Assembly: GCA_038821645.1 (NCBI GenBank) | Contig: JAWBDT010000005.1 | Span: 1-64,000, forward strand | From: Ignisphaera sp. | Lineage (GTDB): Archaea > Thermoproteota > Thermoprotei_A > Sulfolobales > Ignisphaeraceae | Direction of reading: 5' to 3' | DNA length: 64,000 bases | Part shown: piece by piece, positions 1 to 10,360 of the stretch | How positions within the stretch are numbered: position 1 is the stretch's first letter | How the letters are laid out: each line of letters opens with the position of its first letter | Program-made: the position numbers and the translations under genes | Notes under the pieces: generated by a model | Databases searched by the model: none | Seen by the model: the letters and a program-made list of their open reading frames with translations, nothing else | What the model was told of the DNA's origin: nothing

Positions 1-522
1 GGATTTTCTCTACCTATAGCTGCTAACGGTTTTCTAAAGCTTTTGACTAAGGTTGAGGTCTGGAGATATGTTGGTGAACTTAGTATTGTTTTAAGTAATG
101 TTTCTGGAACATATATTGTTGTGAACCAGAGTTTTGTGTATCTAGATTCTATAGAGCTCTATACTGTAGTTGGTGTTGGTATGGGTTCTATAGTTTGGTA
201 TCTATTTATCCCTCTACTTCTCTATACAACATATCTGGTTCTAGTTGGTAGAGATCTTGGTTTATGTTCTGGTGGAGCTACAGGTTTTAGTGGTTTTGTT
301 TTGTTTTCATGGCTTTCTCTACTCAATATTGTTGCTGGTCCTATAGATTGGTACTATGTGTATGTGCTACCTTTTCTATACATAAATACTGTTGTAGCTT
401 TAGAGAGAATAGCTAGAAAGAAGACTAGACTAGTTATAGCTCTAGTTATATCTATACAGTTCATAACATTTATCGCTACTATACTTGGCTACATACCCTT
501 TAAATATGTGGCTATATGGTGA
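1..522 (+). CDS. Polytopic membrane protein, 5'-truncated by the window edge; possibly the C-terminus of a PMT/GT-C-type glycosyltransferase
   Basis: Frame is open from base 1 (GGA TTT TCT...) through the TTG at 43; several hydrophobic helices; 'DWYYVYVLPFLY' resembles the aromatic C-terminal motif of dolichyl-phosphate sugar transferases. Confidence 0.5.
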   Translation, partial: GFSLPIAANGFLKLLTKVEVWRYVGELSIVLSNVSGTYIVVNQSFVYLDSIELYTVVGVGMGSIVWYLFIPLLLYTTYLVLVGRDLGLCSGGATGFSGFVLFSWLSLLNIVAGPIDWYYVYVLPFLYINTVVALERIARKKTRLVIALVISIQFITFIATILGYIPFKYVAIW

Positions 523-586
523 TGCTCTCTATCTAGTTGTTAAAGCATATTAATCTCTACTACCCAGTTTATCTTGGTGATGCTTT

Positions 587-1633
587 TTGGAGATTATATG
601 GAGCCATGTTTCGAGTCCTAGTGGCTATAGAGATGGTGTATATAGTGTATGTGTTTCTAGCGGTATTGTGTATGCTGTTGGTTTCGATGAGCTGATGGGC
701 TACGGTAAACAGAGGTATCGTGTAGAAGGTGTAGATGCTAGAGATGGGCATATGATAGCTAAATGGGTTGACGATAAAGCACATTCCTTCGCATCTCTAT
801 ACAGCTGTACAGCTGTTGGCGACCGTATCTATGTTTTTGGTGCAACAGATAGATTCTGGACCATTATGGTATTCGATAAACTTCTCAACCCCGTGAAGAG
901 AGTAGATAGAGAGAAGCCATATATATTACCGTTTTCTGTAGTTAATGTGGGTAGATATATCTATGTAGCAGGTGTAGAGATAACTCCTACAGGTTCTACA
1001 GCTATCCATGTATCTAGGATATCTATAGACGATCTATCTATAGTCAATAGCTATACATCTAATCCAAAAGATAGAGGTGCAGGTGCATACTCTATAGCGT
1101 ATAACAAGAAAATGAAGCAGATTATTGTTGGAGGATTCGATAAAATTGATGGTGTATCCAACTGGAGAATAGAGTATCTAACCGAAGACCTCAACCTGAT
1201 CAAGATATCTAGACCCAGTGTAAAGGGATCGATAACTGGTTTAGCTCTTGATGCAGATGGATTCATATATACAGCAGGTAGAACACGTATAGCTAGAATC
1301 AGTAGAGAAGGAGAAACACTAAACACAGTTACATCACCACAAGCAGTCAAGATATATACATCACAAGAATCTCTACCAATACTAGGAACAAATATAGCTG
1401 TAGCAACAGACAACGAAGCATATATACTCACAAATGATACACTATCGATAGTAGAGGCAATAAGACTCTCTAGAGGACCACAAATACTATCAATGATGCT
1501 GGGATCTATGGATGCAGATAACGAGAGAATATATCTAGCATCAACACAAATAGCAACAAAAGACGACTGGAACTGGACAATACTAGCTCTAAAACCAAGA
1601 GGAAGAGGATTCCTAAGACTCTTCAGAAGATAA
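587..1633 (+). CDS. Probable beta-propeller protein of unknown function
   Basis: 348-aa ORF with repeated blade-like strands (IVYAVG, IYVFG, IYVAG, IIVGG, IYTAG, IYLAS); no signal peptide. Confidence 0.6.
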   Translation: MEIIWSHVSSPSGYRDGVYSVCVSSGIVYAVGFDELMGYGKQRYRVEGVDARDGHMIAKWVDDKAHSFASLYSCTAVGDRIYVFGATDRFWTIMVFDKLLNPVKRVDREKPYILPFSVVNVGRYIYVAGVEITPTGSTAIHVSRISIDDLSIVNSYTSNPKDRGAGAYSIAYNKKMKQIIVGGFDKIDGVSNWRIEYLTEDLNLIKISRPSVKGSITGLALDADGFIYTAGRTRIARISREGETLNTVTSPQAVKIYTSQESLPILGTNIAVATDNEAYILTNDTLSIVEAIRLSRGPQILSMMLGSMDADNERIYLASTQIATKDDWNWTILALKPRGRGFLRLFRR

Positions 1634-1831
1634 ACCTGGTACTAATATAGATAGAGTTTCTGCTAAACGTTATACAGACTAGAAACTGATGAAATGAAGA
1701 GACCAACAGAAACCTTGAAGTTGTGTAACTTACTACCCTTATATCTAGTTGCGACATTAATGCATAAAAATTGTGTATAAAAATGATATAGTCATGTTCT
1801 TCGTATAGTTATATAGATAGCGGGAGACACT

Positions 1832-3550
1832 CTATCTATAGAAAGGCACCACACCTATAAACTCTAACCCAACTGTAAAATCTACATCATTTATAAAATA
1901 TACATTTCTTTGCCCTGGCCTTGTTCCATAGTACCTTCTTTCATAGCTATAGCTGTCTTGAAATGCTACTGCTATCCAGTATCTACCTGTTGATGGAAGA
2001 GGTACATATATTGATTGAGATATTTTCACAAAATAGTTATCTCTACCGAAATCTGTTACACGTGTTTTGTGATAATTGCATATCTCTTGGTATCTATACT
2101 CTCTAACTATATACTCGTTATTGTCTCTATCTATAAGCAGTATCCTTAAAACCCAATCAGTTCTATCAATATCTCCAAGCTGATTTTCATCAGGATGAGA
2201 ATTATCGTGAAAGAATATGTTCATGTATAGAACTACACCAGAATATACACTTCCATCTATTGATCCATCATCTGAACCCAAGGCTCTACCTATCTGCAGA
2301 AGCTTTAAAGTAAGTGGAACAGTAGTCCAATCACTTAAATCATCATTTCTATACATATCATTGATTCTAGAGCTATCACCGTAATACGCATCTTCTGTTA
2401 TAAATATTATCTCGTTTAAACCATTTCCATCTATATCACCTATAAACAGATATGGATAATAAGATGACTCGCCAGTAACTGATTGGCCCGAGGCCATCCT
2501 CATGAATCTAGCTACATATGTAGCAAAACCATTCAAATATATCCTAAGATTTATTGAACTATCTGTAGTTCCATAGTACCAGGCACCTATTGCCGGTAGA
2601 GCTATACCGCTACATCCGCTCGGTACTGTAGAAGAACAGGCAATAATAGTGCTACCTTTTTTTATCTGGATAACACCTGTATAGTTATTTATGACAATTC
2701 TATAGCCATTGCCAGTTAATGTATATTGTTTACCACCTATTGTTATCTTTTCTTGACCTGTAAATCCTGGACCTGCTATCATTATCGTGAATCTCGGTGG
2801 TATATCTTCATTAGGTTTATTCATTTTTTCTCTAACCCAGCTAGGATCATAACCGATTACTGCAACACCAAAAGCTACACCACTACTCTCTGTTTCAACG
2901 GTTGCATTTATGAATTCTGCTTCTTGACCTGGTGGAAGTAGCAATAGTTTTGATGATTTTACTCCTCTGTATCTCACTTGAGCTCTATCTCTTGTGTATG
3001 GTTTTGCTATGAGGCTTCTATCCACATCAAATATTTCTTGTAGATCTTCTGGAGACTTTATGTTGTCGAATGTTATAGATATCATGTAGGTTGTGTTAGC
3101 TCTAACAGCATAAGCTTTTATTAGAGGTTCATGTATATCTACAACTGTTCCACCAGGTGTTACAATAGCTATGTATTCGTAATCTCGTCTACACGTTATT
3201 GCTCTATATGTTGGTATTACATATGAACTACATATACCTTGGGAAACAATGTTTATTGCATCTACAACTTGTATAGAGCCTGTGTAGTCTTTTATTATCA
3301 TTTTGTCTATAACTATATCGCTTGAACCTATATTCTTGATCTCAACACTATTCATGGTTTTATTTAGCACAAGCTGATGTATTTCATGGGAATGTGAGTA
3401 TCTCACAATATTTCTGAATGCTATAGAACTGGTGTATGCAGAATGCATCATATTGAGTATAACATATGTAGATACCACTAAAACTACTAGAGAGATCATG
3501 AATGAAATAAATGCTGTTGAAATACCCTTACCTAGTCTAGATCTATCCAT
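1832..3550 (-). CDS. Large type IV pilin-like (class III signal peptide) surface protein, paralog group A
   Basis: N-terminus RLGKG|ISTAFISFMISLVVLVV; pilin-like 'VEIKNIGSSDIVIDKMII'; DxDxNG loop 'GDIDGNGLNEIIF'; many NxS/T sequons. Confidence 0.8.
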   Translation of the reverse strand: MDRSRLGKGISTAFISFMISLVVLVVSTYVILNMMHSAYTSSIAFRNIVRYSHSHEIHQLVLNKTMNSVEIKNIGSSDIVIDKMIIKDYTGSIQVVDAINIVSQGICSSYVIPTYRAITCRRDYEYIAIVTPGGTVVDIHEPLIKAYAVRANTTYMISITFDNIKSPEDLQEIFDVDRSLIAKPYTRDRAQVRYRGVKSSKLLLLPPGQEAEFINATVETESSGVAFGVAVIGYDPSWVREKMNKPNEDIPPRFTIMIAGPGFTGQEKITIGGKQYTLTGNGYRIVINNYTGVIQIKKGSTIIACSSTVPSGCSGIALPAIGAWYYGTTDSSINLRIYLNGFATYVARFMRMASGQSVTGESSYYPYLFIGDIDGNGLNEIIFITEDAYYGDSSRINDMYRNDDLSDWTTVPLTLKLLQIGRALGSDDGSIDGSVYSGVVLYMNIFFHDNSHPDENQLGDIDRTDWVLRILLIDRDNNEYIVREYRYQEICNYHKTRVTDFGRDNYFVKISQSIYVPLPSTGRYWIAVAFQDSYSYERRYYGTRPGQRNVYFINDVDFTVGLEFIGVVPFYR

Positions 3551-3561
3551 AGATTCATCAC

Positions 3562-5031
3562 CTAGCGACTAGAGAGAGCTATACCTATATACTCTAATCC
3601 GATTATTAAATCTGTATCATTTCTAGTACCTTCGCGACTATAGGGATCTAGAAACTCTATAGCTAGATAGTAGATGTTTCCTGTTTTCGGTATATGTATA
3701 GTAAAGTCCTTAGTTATATATGATATAGAGAATGGCTTTACATTTCTATATCTATTAAGCTCATAGTAGCTAAGCTGAGTACTGTATATAAACGATTTAG
3801 TAGAAGCATCATAGAGACCAACCCTCATTATAACCCTATTATCGTTATCACTTATATCATCTTCAGAACTATCCCAGAAAAACATCCTCATACTGAGTAT
3901 AGCTGAAGAATACATATTGCTATCTATAGGTACACCAGTAAAAACAATTCTTATAGGATCAACCGTAGAGTCTATATAATAGAGATCACTCATACCTTCT
4001 CTGATGTAGTCATTAACTCTCGTTCTATTACCTATTGTGAAATCTTGTGTAACAAATATTATCTCTACATTACTGTTATTATTTATATCGCCTACAAATA
4101 TATATGGATCTAGACCAACAACACCTGATATACTTCTACTCGCATTATATAGTGTAATTCTATCTGCTCTACCATTTAGAACTAGATTGCAGAAACTAGA
4201 TCTATCTATATAGCATGTATGTATACCCAAGCCCAGGTTTATAGATCCTGTGAAATTCTCTATCTTGAGCCTATATCTAACAGGAGCTACCCCAGCTATA
4301 CTCATTATCGAGTCACCAACTCTTATATAGGAATTAGATCCACCTCTCCCTATAGCAAGTATATTTAGTTTTTTGGTTACAGGATCTGCTACACCTATGA
4401 ACACTAGTGAGGCATTGAGTTGTGCTTCTACATTTATGTTTGTACCAGATGCATTTATTATGGGGGTTAATGACGTAGTAGTATTTATTGCACCTCTATA
4501 CATAATTGATTTATTTTCTAAGAACTTCAGCAGTTCAGAAGTTGATTTAAGCATAACACCACCATATATAGTGGTCATAGGTATTCCTAGTGTTTTCTCA
4601 AGAGCTATAGCATAGAATTCGGGATTTACAGAGAATACTCTACCGTTTTCAGTAACAATGGCTATAGGTATATAGCCTAGACAGCTAACCATAGATGTAT
4701 CTCCAGGTCTGAGGATCGTTGATGATATATTGCATAGTCTATTAGATGATACATCAATAACTATTTTCGTGCCATCACTACTAACCACAACTATATGTGT
4801 TATACGTGATACTGTAGAACCAACATTCTTTATATTTAATACATTCTCTATCAAAAATGGAACAAGCTTCTCATTAACATAGCTACTAGGTGTAGCTACA
4901 ACTTGTTGCTGGATCAACAATACTGAATAGAAGTTTAGAATTAGATAAAGTATAGAAATAGCTATAATAGAGAAAGCAATAACAACAGCAACACCTTCAG
5001 CAATACCTCTCCTCAATCTACTACATACCAT
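3562..5031 (-). CDS. Large type IV pilin-like surface protein, paralog group A
   Basis: RLRRG|IAEGVAVVIAFSII; 'LNIKNVGSTVSRITHIVV'; 'AIVTENGRVF'; 'GDINNNSNVEIIF'. Confidence 0.8.
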   Translation of the reverse strand: MVCSRLRRGIAEGVAVVIAFSIIAISILYLILNFYSVLLIQQQVVATPSSYVNEKLVPFLIENVLNIKNVGSTVSRITHIVVVSSDGTKIVIDVSSNRLCNISSTILRPGDTSMVSCLGYIPIAIVTENGRVFSVNPEFYAIALEKTLGIPMTTIYGGVMLKSTSELLKFLENKSIMYRGAINTTTSLTPIINASGTNINVEAQLNASLVFIGVADPVTKKLNILAIGRGGSNSYIRVGDSIMSIAGVAPVRYRLKIENFTGSINLGLGIHTCYIDRSSFCNLVLNGRADRITLYNASRSISGVVGLDPYIFVGDINNNSNVEIIFVTQDFTIGNRTRVNDYIREGMSDLYYIDSTVDPIRIVFTGVPIDSNMYSSAILSMRMFFWDSSEDDISDNDNRVIMRVGLYDASTKSFIYSTQLSYYELNRYRNVKPFSISYITKDFTIHIPKTGNIYYLAIEFLDPYSREGTRNDTDLIIGLEYIGIALSSR

Positions 5032-5047
5032 ATAACTCCACCTTGAT

Positions 5048-6631
5048 TCATCTCATTGGTAATATAGATAGAGACTCTATATAGAGTGTAAAATCAAGAT
5101 CATCTAGATTACCGTTATAGTGATAAGGATCTTGGATAGCTATAAACACATAGAACTTCTTTTCACCAGTTTCTCTTGGTGGAAGAGGTATGAATACTAA
5201 ACTACTTTGTGCTTGTGCTGTTGGTGGATAAGTATCTTCGTATCTCGTTAACTCTCTAAAAGTATAGCTTCTATAGCTATAGATAGCTCCATTCTCATCA
5301 ACAAGACCAACAAGCATTATAGGTCTATCGACAGATATTCCAGTAGCATCGCTACCCTCATTATCATGAAACCTATAGTTAACAGCAATAACAACAGCAC
5401 TACTATCATAATTAGATACAACATAATCTCTATACACCAGGACAAGAGCTTGTGTAGAATAATCAAGTAAAGAATCAACACCTTCATTTCTAGTGGTTAT
5501 ATTTCCCCGTGTTCTGTCTATTGATGTAAATAGTATTCCTGCTGAACCAGAGCTTTTGTCTGTGTTCATGAGCATTATGTATGGATTGTAGCTTGATTCT
5601 GAACCTGTTGAACGTACATATATCTCGATTCTATCAGCTCTACCCCTCAAAACCAATGCACTATTGTTGAATGTATAATCAGCTACATCTTGGCTTGGTC
5701 GTGTGATGGGTTTTCCTCCGAGTCGTAGAATTTCTCGAGGTGATGATGGTGTAAAGCCATATATCTTTATCCTCGTATAAGTGTTTGTTGTTACCCCTGT
5801 GCCACCTATTGATAATGTGTTAGATGTAATTCTATCTGCTGTTATGAGTATGTTGTATCTTGATGTGTTTCTAGGATCATAACCTATCCATAGATTCCTT
5901 ATGTTCAAATTATTTATTATTATCTCTGTGTTTGTATATACATTTTGTAGTCTCCATATGTATTTTGTTGTTGTTCCTCCACTCATACCTTTTCCTAGGT
6001 CTGTGAATTGTGATATTCTTGTTGGATTATCCATATTGTCTAGAGTAGATATGTTGAATGATTTTCTGAAGATAGATATGTTCCATATCTCATCATTTGG
6101 TGCTAGTTTCATGGGTATGACTTGTATTGCTGAAGATATTCCTATAGGTATTGTTGTATTGAAGAGTTGTGATTGTATTTTTTGTAGATCTTCTGGTGTT
6201 AATACTGTGCTACTTATTACTGATCCTTCTACTGTTATTAGGTGTAGAGCTACTGTTCTTTGGTTTTGACATAGCGATGGAATTGGTATGGATATTAGAA
6301 CGGTTTGTCCTGACTTTATTGTTGTTTGTATATGTGTGTCTATGTAGTGGTTTGTGTTTTCACAAGATATGTGTAGAATTGCTTTCTCTATCTCTATATC
6401 TGTTCCACCTATATTGGTTAAATATAGTTCTGAACTTGATGTATTAAGGAATGCCCTAATATCTCTACTCATCTCTTTCATAGCTATTGATACTCTTCTG
6501 GTTATTGGGTTTTCATATAGTTGTTGATTATTTAGTAAAGCATAGTAGATGTGAATTGTTAGAGGTATTACTGATAGTATTAGAATTGAGAAGAATAGTA
6601 TAGCTATTATTATGTTTCCCTGACCCTTCAT
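5048..6631 (-). CDS. Large type IV pilin-like surface protein, paralog group A
   Basis: MKG|QGNIIIAILFFSILIL; 'LYLTNIGGTDIEIEKAIL'; 'LITVEGSV'; C-terminal domain shared with the two downstream genes. Confidence 0.8.
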   Translation of the reverse strand: MKGQGNIIIAILFFSILILSVIPLTIHIYYALLNNQQLYENPITRRVSIAMKEMSRDIRAFLNTSSSELYLTNIGGTDIEIEKAILHISCENTNHYIDTHIQTTIKSGQTVLISIPIPSLCQNQRTVALHLITVEGSVISSTVLTPEDLQKIQSQLFNTTIPIGISSAIQVIPMKLAPNDEIWNISIFRKSFNISTLDNMDNPTRISQFTDLGKGMSGGTTTKYIWRLQNVYTNTEIIINNLNIRNLWIGYDPRNTSRYNILITADRITSNTLSIGGTGVTTNTYTRIKIYGFTPSSPREILRLGGKPITRPSQDVADYTFNNSALVLRGRADRIEIYVRSTGSESSYNPYIMLMNTDKSSGSAGILFTSIDRTRGNITTRNEGVDSLLDYSTQALVLVYRDYVVSNYDSSAVVIAVNYRFHDNEGSDATGISVDRPIMLVGLVDENGAIYSYRSYTFRELTRYEDTYPPTAQAQSSLVFIPLPPRETGEKKFYVFIAIQDPYHYNGNLDDLDFTLYIESLSILPMR

Positions 6632-7284
6632 CCTAGAGCCACCTCATGTACACCAACAATATAGGGTGTACCACCATAGAGTGTAACTATAAATATTCTG
6701 GCTATAGATGTTTCTGGAAGCTGTATTCTGGCTATAGTGCTATCTCTACATAGACCTTGAGTAGATGTGTATCTACATACATTCTCAATTCTACAGATAT
6801 GTATAGTATCTGAAAGTGTGAAGCCCATAGATCTTGCATATGAACGGAAATCAACTATAGATCCTTCCCAAGGCACATACACTCTCTCCATAGATCCAGA
6901 GTATATAGATGAAGAATATATACAGTCTCTCCCAACATCATTACATATAACTCCATCACTATCTCCACGAGGATTATAGAAAGAGATAGAGCTACAAGGC
7001 AGATAAGATGTACCTACATCAACAGCAACAAAAAAATCACTTAGAGATCCATCAATTCTCTTGAACAAGAGCCATAGAGTAGATGCTCTATCATCATAAG
7101 ATATCTCGCTAACAAATATATTAACAGATTCTATCTGAAGATTATTCAATAAATCTAGCTGACTTCTATAGCCAGCAAGTACTGAAGAGAAGTAACTAAG
7201 CATAGCTACACCTACAACAACTGCAAGACCTATATACATGAATGTTGTAAGTAACTCACTCTGACCCTTTACAAACATAACCAT
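6628..7284 (-). CDS. Type IV pilin-like protein, paralog group B (short form, 6 Cys)
   Basis: VKG|QSELLTTFMYIGLAVVVGVAML class III signal peptide; stop overlaps the next start (ATGA). Confidence 0.8.
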   Translation of the reverse strand: MVMFVKGQSELLTTFMYIGLAVVVGVAMLSYFSSVLAGYRSQLDLLNNLQIESVNIFVSEISYDDRASTLWLLFKRIDGSLSDFFVAVDVGTSYLPCSSISFYNPRGDSDGVICNDVGRDCIYSSSIYSGSMERVYVPWEGSIVDFRSYARSMGFTLSDTIHICRIENVCRYTSTQGLCRDSTIARIQLPETSIARIFIVTLYGGTPYIVGVHEVALG

Positions 7285-7328
7285 AATCCTTTACACCATA
7301 TATAATCTACTCTAGATAGATAAAAAAC

Positions 7329-8510
7329 CTAACTAAACTTATAATCATATTCCTCAACTAGATGTGGAACATTGTTTATATAAGTCACAACAAGTATTGA
7401 TAATCTATCGACTTTAGCTTCATCTGGCATAGAACCTATATAAACAGCTCTAGCTATACCTTCGGCATGTAGATTGTTGCTATCAAGTTGTAGAACCATT
7501 TGGGTAGAGCTGTCTATCTTCCAATCCACAACCCTTATATAGTCGCTATTGTTCCAGTAATCAACAAGTGATGAACCTCCATATGTTACTCTTACGAATC
7601 CTGGTGGTGTAGGCATTATCTCTATAGCTAGTGTAGATCTTAGCGAATCTATGTCTATAGCTACCTCACTTCTTATCTCTACATTAACGTTTCTCTCGAG
7701 TAGAGCATTATTTATATATACTCTTTCTGCAAAAACGTTAAACGATAGAATCCATGCACCTCTCTGGCCATTTGGAAGCTGTCCTGGTGTTAAATCTATC
7801 TTTCCTATCCTTGTATTTACATCAACTCTAACAATATCTCCTTCTTTAAGCTGGTACCAACTACCATTAACTGACATATGTGTTCCTCGATTGCCCAGGT
7901 ATGCAACTCTAAACTCTATAGATCCGTAGAGTCTCCATACACGATTATTAGAATGAACCACTACTTTGTTATACCCTTTAGCCACCGGTTCTAGTTCTTT
8001 TGCTAGCTGTAGAACTAGAACAGCGTTCTTGTCTATCTCTAGCTCACATATCTCTATATAGCCTGTATCTGGATATCCTTTAGCTCTAGCATAGTATTTA
8101 AAGCTATAGATAGTGTCTCTAGATACTACAGTAACATCATCAACTCTATGCATATATCTATTGATTATCCTTCCACCAACAACATCTCTAACAACATCTG
8201 AACAATTGATATAGCTACTACCATTAAATAACATAAACCATATCTTGTTGCTGGTGTCAAGTCTTCTAAAAAGTAGAGCTATAGATCCTTTCGAAGAATT
8301 AATAAGTCTCACAATAGTGCTTAACCTCTCGTGCTCAATAACCCTCTGGATAACTAGTAGATTCTGCTGTATACTGTAATCACTCTGCATATAGCTAAGA
8401 AAAGATACAGATAGAGCCATAGCTACTCCAAGCAATATTGCTAGAGCTACTGTATCTGATAGACCTCTACGTAGATTCCTAATATGTGTAGACATATCCT
8501 CTACAACCAT
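7329..8510 (-). CDS. Type IV pilin-like protein, paralog group B (long form with inserted domain)
   Basis: LRRG|LSDTVALAILLGVAMAL class III signal peptide; shares motifs with 6628..7284. Confidence 0.8.
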   Translation of the reverse strand: MVVEDMSTHIRNLRRGLSDTVALAILLGVAMALSVSFLSYMQSDYSIQQNLLVIQRVIEHERLSTIVRLINSSKGSIALLFRRLDTSNKIWFMLFNGSSYINCSDVVRDVVGGRIINRYMHRVDDVTVVSRDTIYSFKYYARAKGYPDTGYIEICELEIDKNAVLVLQLAKELEPVAKGYNKVVVHSNNRVWRLYGSIEFRVAYLGNRGTHMSVNGSWYQLKEGDIVRVDVNTRIGKIDLTPGQLPNGQRGAWILSFNVFAERVYINNALLERNVNVEIRSEVAIDIDSLRSTLAIEIMPTPPGFVRVTYGGSSLVDYWNNSDYIRVVDWKIDSSTQMVLQLDSNNLHAEGIARAVYIGSMPDEAKVDRLSILVVTYINNVPHLVEEYDYKFS

Positions 8511-8680
8511 CTATACTAAGTATAAAGCGCTATATAAATCTTAAACATGATGCTACACAATGATACTGATAATATGGTGCATTATATGGTAACTTAATCC
8601 CTACCTCATCGAAATATGTATAGGTAGTAGATTGTTGTTAGAGATCTTTGGAAAGAATATTACCTGGCATAATGTTGTGT

Positions 8681-9238
8681 TTAACGATTTAGAGTTCTTT
8701 TTGCTAGAATCTCTAGAGCTTTTAGGACTATTTCTATTGCTTCTTGAGGAGAAAAACTCTCTGTGTTTATGATTATATCGAAGTCTGTATAATCGGTTAT
8801 ATCTATTCCATAATATCTTCTGTATCTATCTCTCTCTACTTCTTCCCTCATTTTTGTTTCTCTAACAACTTCTTCAAATGGTTTTCTATCTCTTTCTGAT
8901 AATCTTCTGTATCGTATTTCTGGTTTCGCTATAACTGCTATCCTTAGATGCGCTAGTCCTTTTAATAGCCATGGAGCTGCATGACCATCTATAACTATAC
9001 CTCCTTTTTTTGCTTCTTCTATAGCCATATTGTCTAGGTAGAGATCTATTGATGGATCTTGTTGAGCTATTCTACTCAACTCTTCTATAGATACTCCTCT
9101 CTCTTGAGCTAGCTTTCTGAAGAAGAAGCCCACGGATATGTGTCTAAGCCCTAGTCTTTCTGCCAAAAGCTTAGCTATAGTTGTTTTCCCGCTTCCTGGT
9201 GGACCACCTATCGCTATAACTAGTCTAGATATGTCCAA
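8681..9238 (-). CDS. cmk: Cytidylate kinase (archaeal type)
   Basis: IAIGGPPGSGKTT, 'DPSIDLYLD', 'RYRRYYGIDITD'; follows L34e as usual. Confidence 0.93.
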   Translation of the reverse strand: MDISRLVIAIGGPPGSGKTTIAKLLAERLGLRHISVGFFFRKLAQERGVSIEELSRIAQQDPSIDLYLDNMAIEEAKKGGIVIDGHAAPWLLKGLAHLRIAVIAKPEIRYRRLSERDRKPFEEVVRETKMREEVERDRYRRYYGIDITDYTDFDIIINTESFSPQEAIEIVLKALEILAKRTLNR

Positions 9239-9328
9239 GACTCTCTACCCAAACAGTAGATAGCTATATTCCAGCTGTATCTACTAGATATGGTTTATAA
9301 GATATGTGAGGAATAGAGAATGTATTAC

Positions 9329-9616
9329 TTACTGCATAACTTGAGACGAGAATGTATTTCTGATGACTCTCTTCAATACTATTCTAAGACATCTAGAACA
9401 CAGCACTCCTCCAAACATTCTTTCAGGTCTTTTAGCTGTCTTAGGCAGTTTTCTTCTTTCACTATCTTTTATAGGTACACCAGGTAGCATGGCTCCACAT
9501 CTACCACACCTCATAGGGGTATTCTTTCTTTTCTCGAAATGGATAACTGTTTCTCCACCAGGCGTTCTTCTATATACCCTCTTATACGATCTAGATCTAT
9601 AGAGTGGTCTAACCAA
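9329..9616 (-). CDS. rpl34e: 50S ribosomal protein L34e
   Basis: RTPGG, CGRC, 'RPERMFGGVLCSRC'. Confidence 0.97.
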   Translation of the reverse strand: MVRPLYRSRSYKRVYRRTPGGETVIHFEKRKNTPMRCGRCGAMLPGVPIKDSERRKLPKTAKRPERMFGGVLCSRCLRIVLKRVIRNTFSSQVMQ

Positions 9617-9889
9617 TTAAAGACACCTTCTTTAATCCTTCTTTAGTGTTTCTGAAGAGTTTCAGAAATAAAAGCTTTGATAAAAGATGACTCTCTATTT
9701 CTGGTAATCAGTTCAGCTAAATAGATATCTATGTTCTTTCACATTCTGTAGAATCGATTATTTGTTATTCATAAAACATGAGCTTCGGTACAGCTTAACA
9801 AACATGCAGTTATTGGTGTAATCCATCTATAATCTATATCTAGAGTAGCTGAAATTATAGAGAGAAATAAGTATAGATATCAATTAATG

Positions 9890-10357
9890 TTACTCTAGAT
9901 ATTTCTTTGCGTAATACGTGTATAGTGGTAGATATAAGAGGAAGACTAGGAAGAATATCCACGACATCTGCATTGAGCAGGTACCTCTATTGTTATCTGG
10001 AAACTGTATTGGTATTGGAGCTATACATGTATTAGCTATCTCAAGTACAAGCGGATTTCCTTCGGTATAGACTATGGATGCTGCAAATATGTATATGAAT
10101 ATCGATGCTATGAATATTGACATAGGTATTAAGAATTGATAGAAGCTCAATCTAAATACTGTACTCTTTATTCTCTTGATTTGTGTAACTGCTATCTCTT
10201 TCTTCTTTCTACTGACATAAGCTTTCCTCATGCTTCTCTCTATCTTTGAACCATCTTTAACCGAACTATACTTCCTTAATATCTTAATTATTGTGTAGAG
10301 AGCTAGAGTGTTCATGGATATTGCTATAGCTAGTGCTAGAGCTAAGTATATACGCAA
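9890..10357 (-). CDS. DUF106/EMC3-TMCO1 (Oxa1-superfamily)-like membrane protein
   Basis: TM, basic coiled segment, two TMs with 'SWIFFL'; conserved position between secY and rpl34e. Confidence 0.6.
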   Translation of the reverse strand: MRIYLALALAIAISMNTLALYTIIKILRKYSSVKDGSKIERSMRKAYVSRKKKEIAVTQIKRIKSTVFRLSFYQFLIPMSIFIASIFIYIFAASIVYTEGNPLVLEIANTCIAPIPIQFPDNNRGTCSMQMSWIFFLVFLLYLPLYTYYAKKYLE

Positions 10358-10360
10358 AGG

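Noticed and set aside
1670-1720. CTGA..ATGAAGA..TTGA, possible C/D sRNA
   Set aside because: No convincing 5' C box at the right spacing
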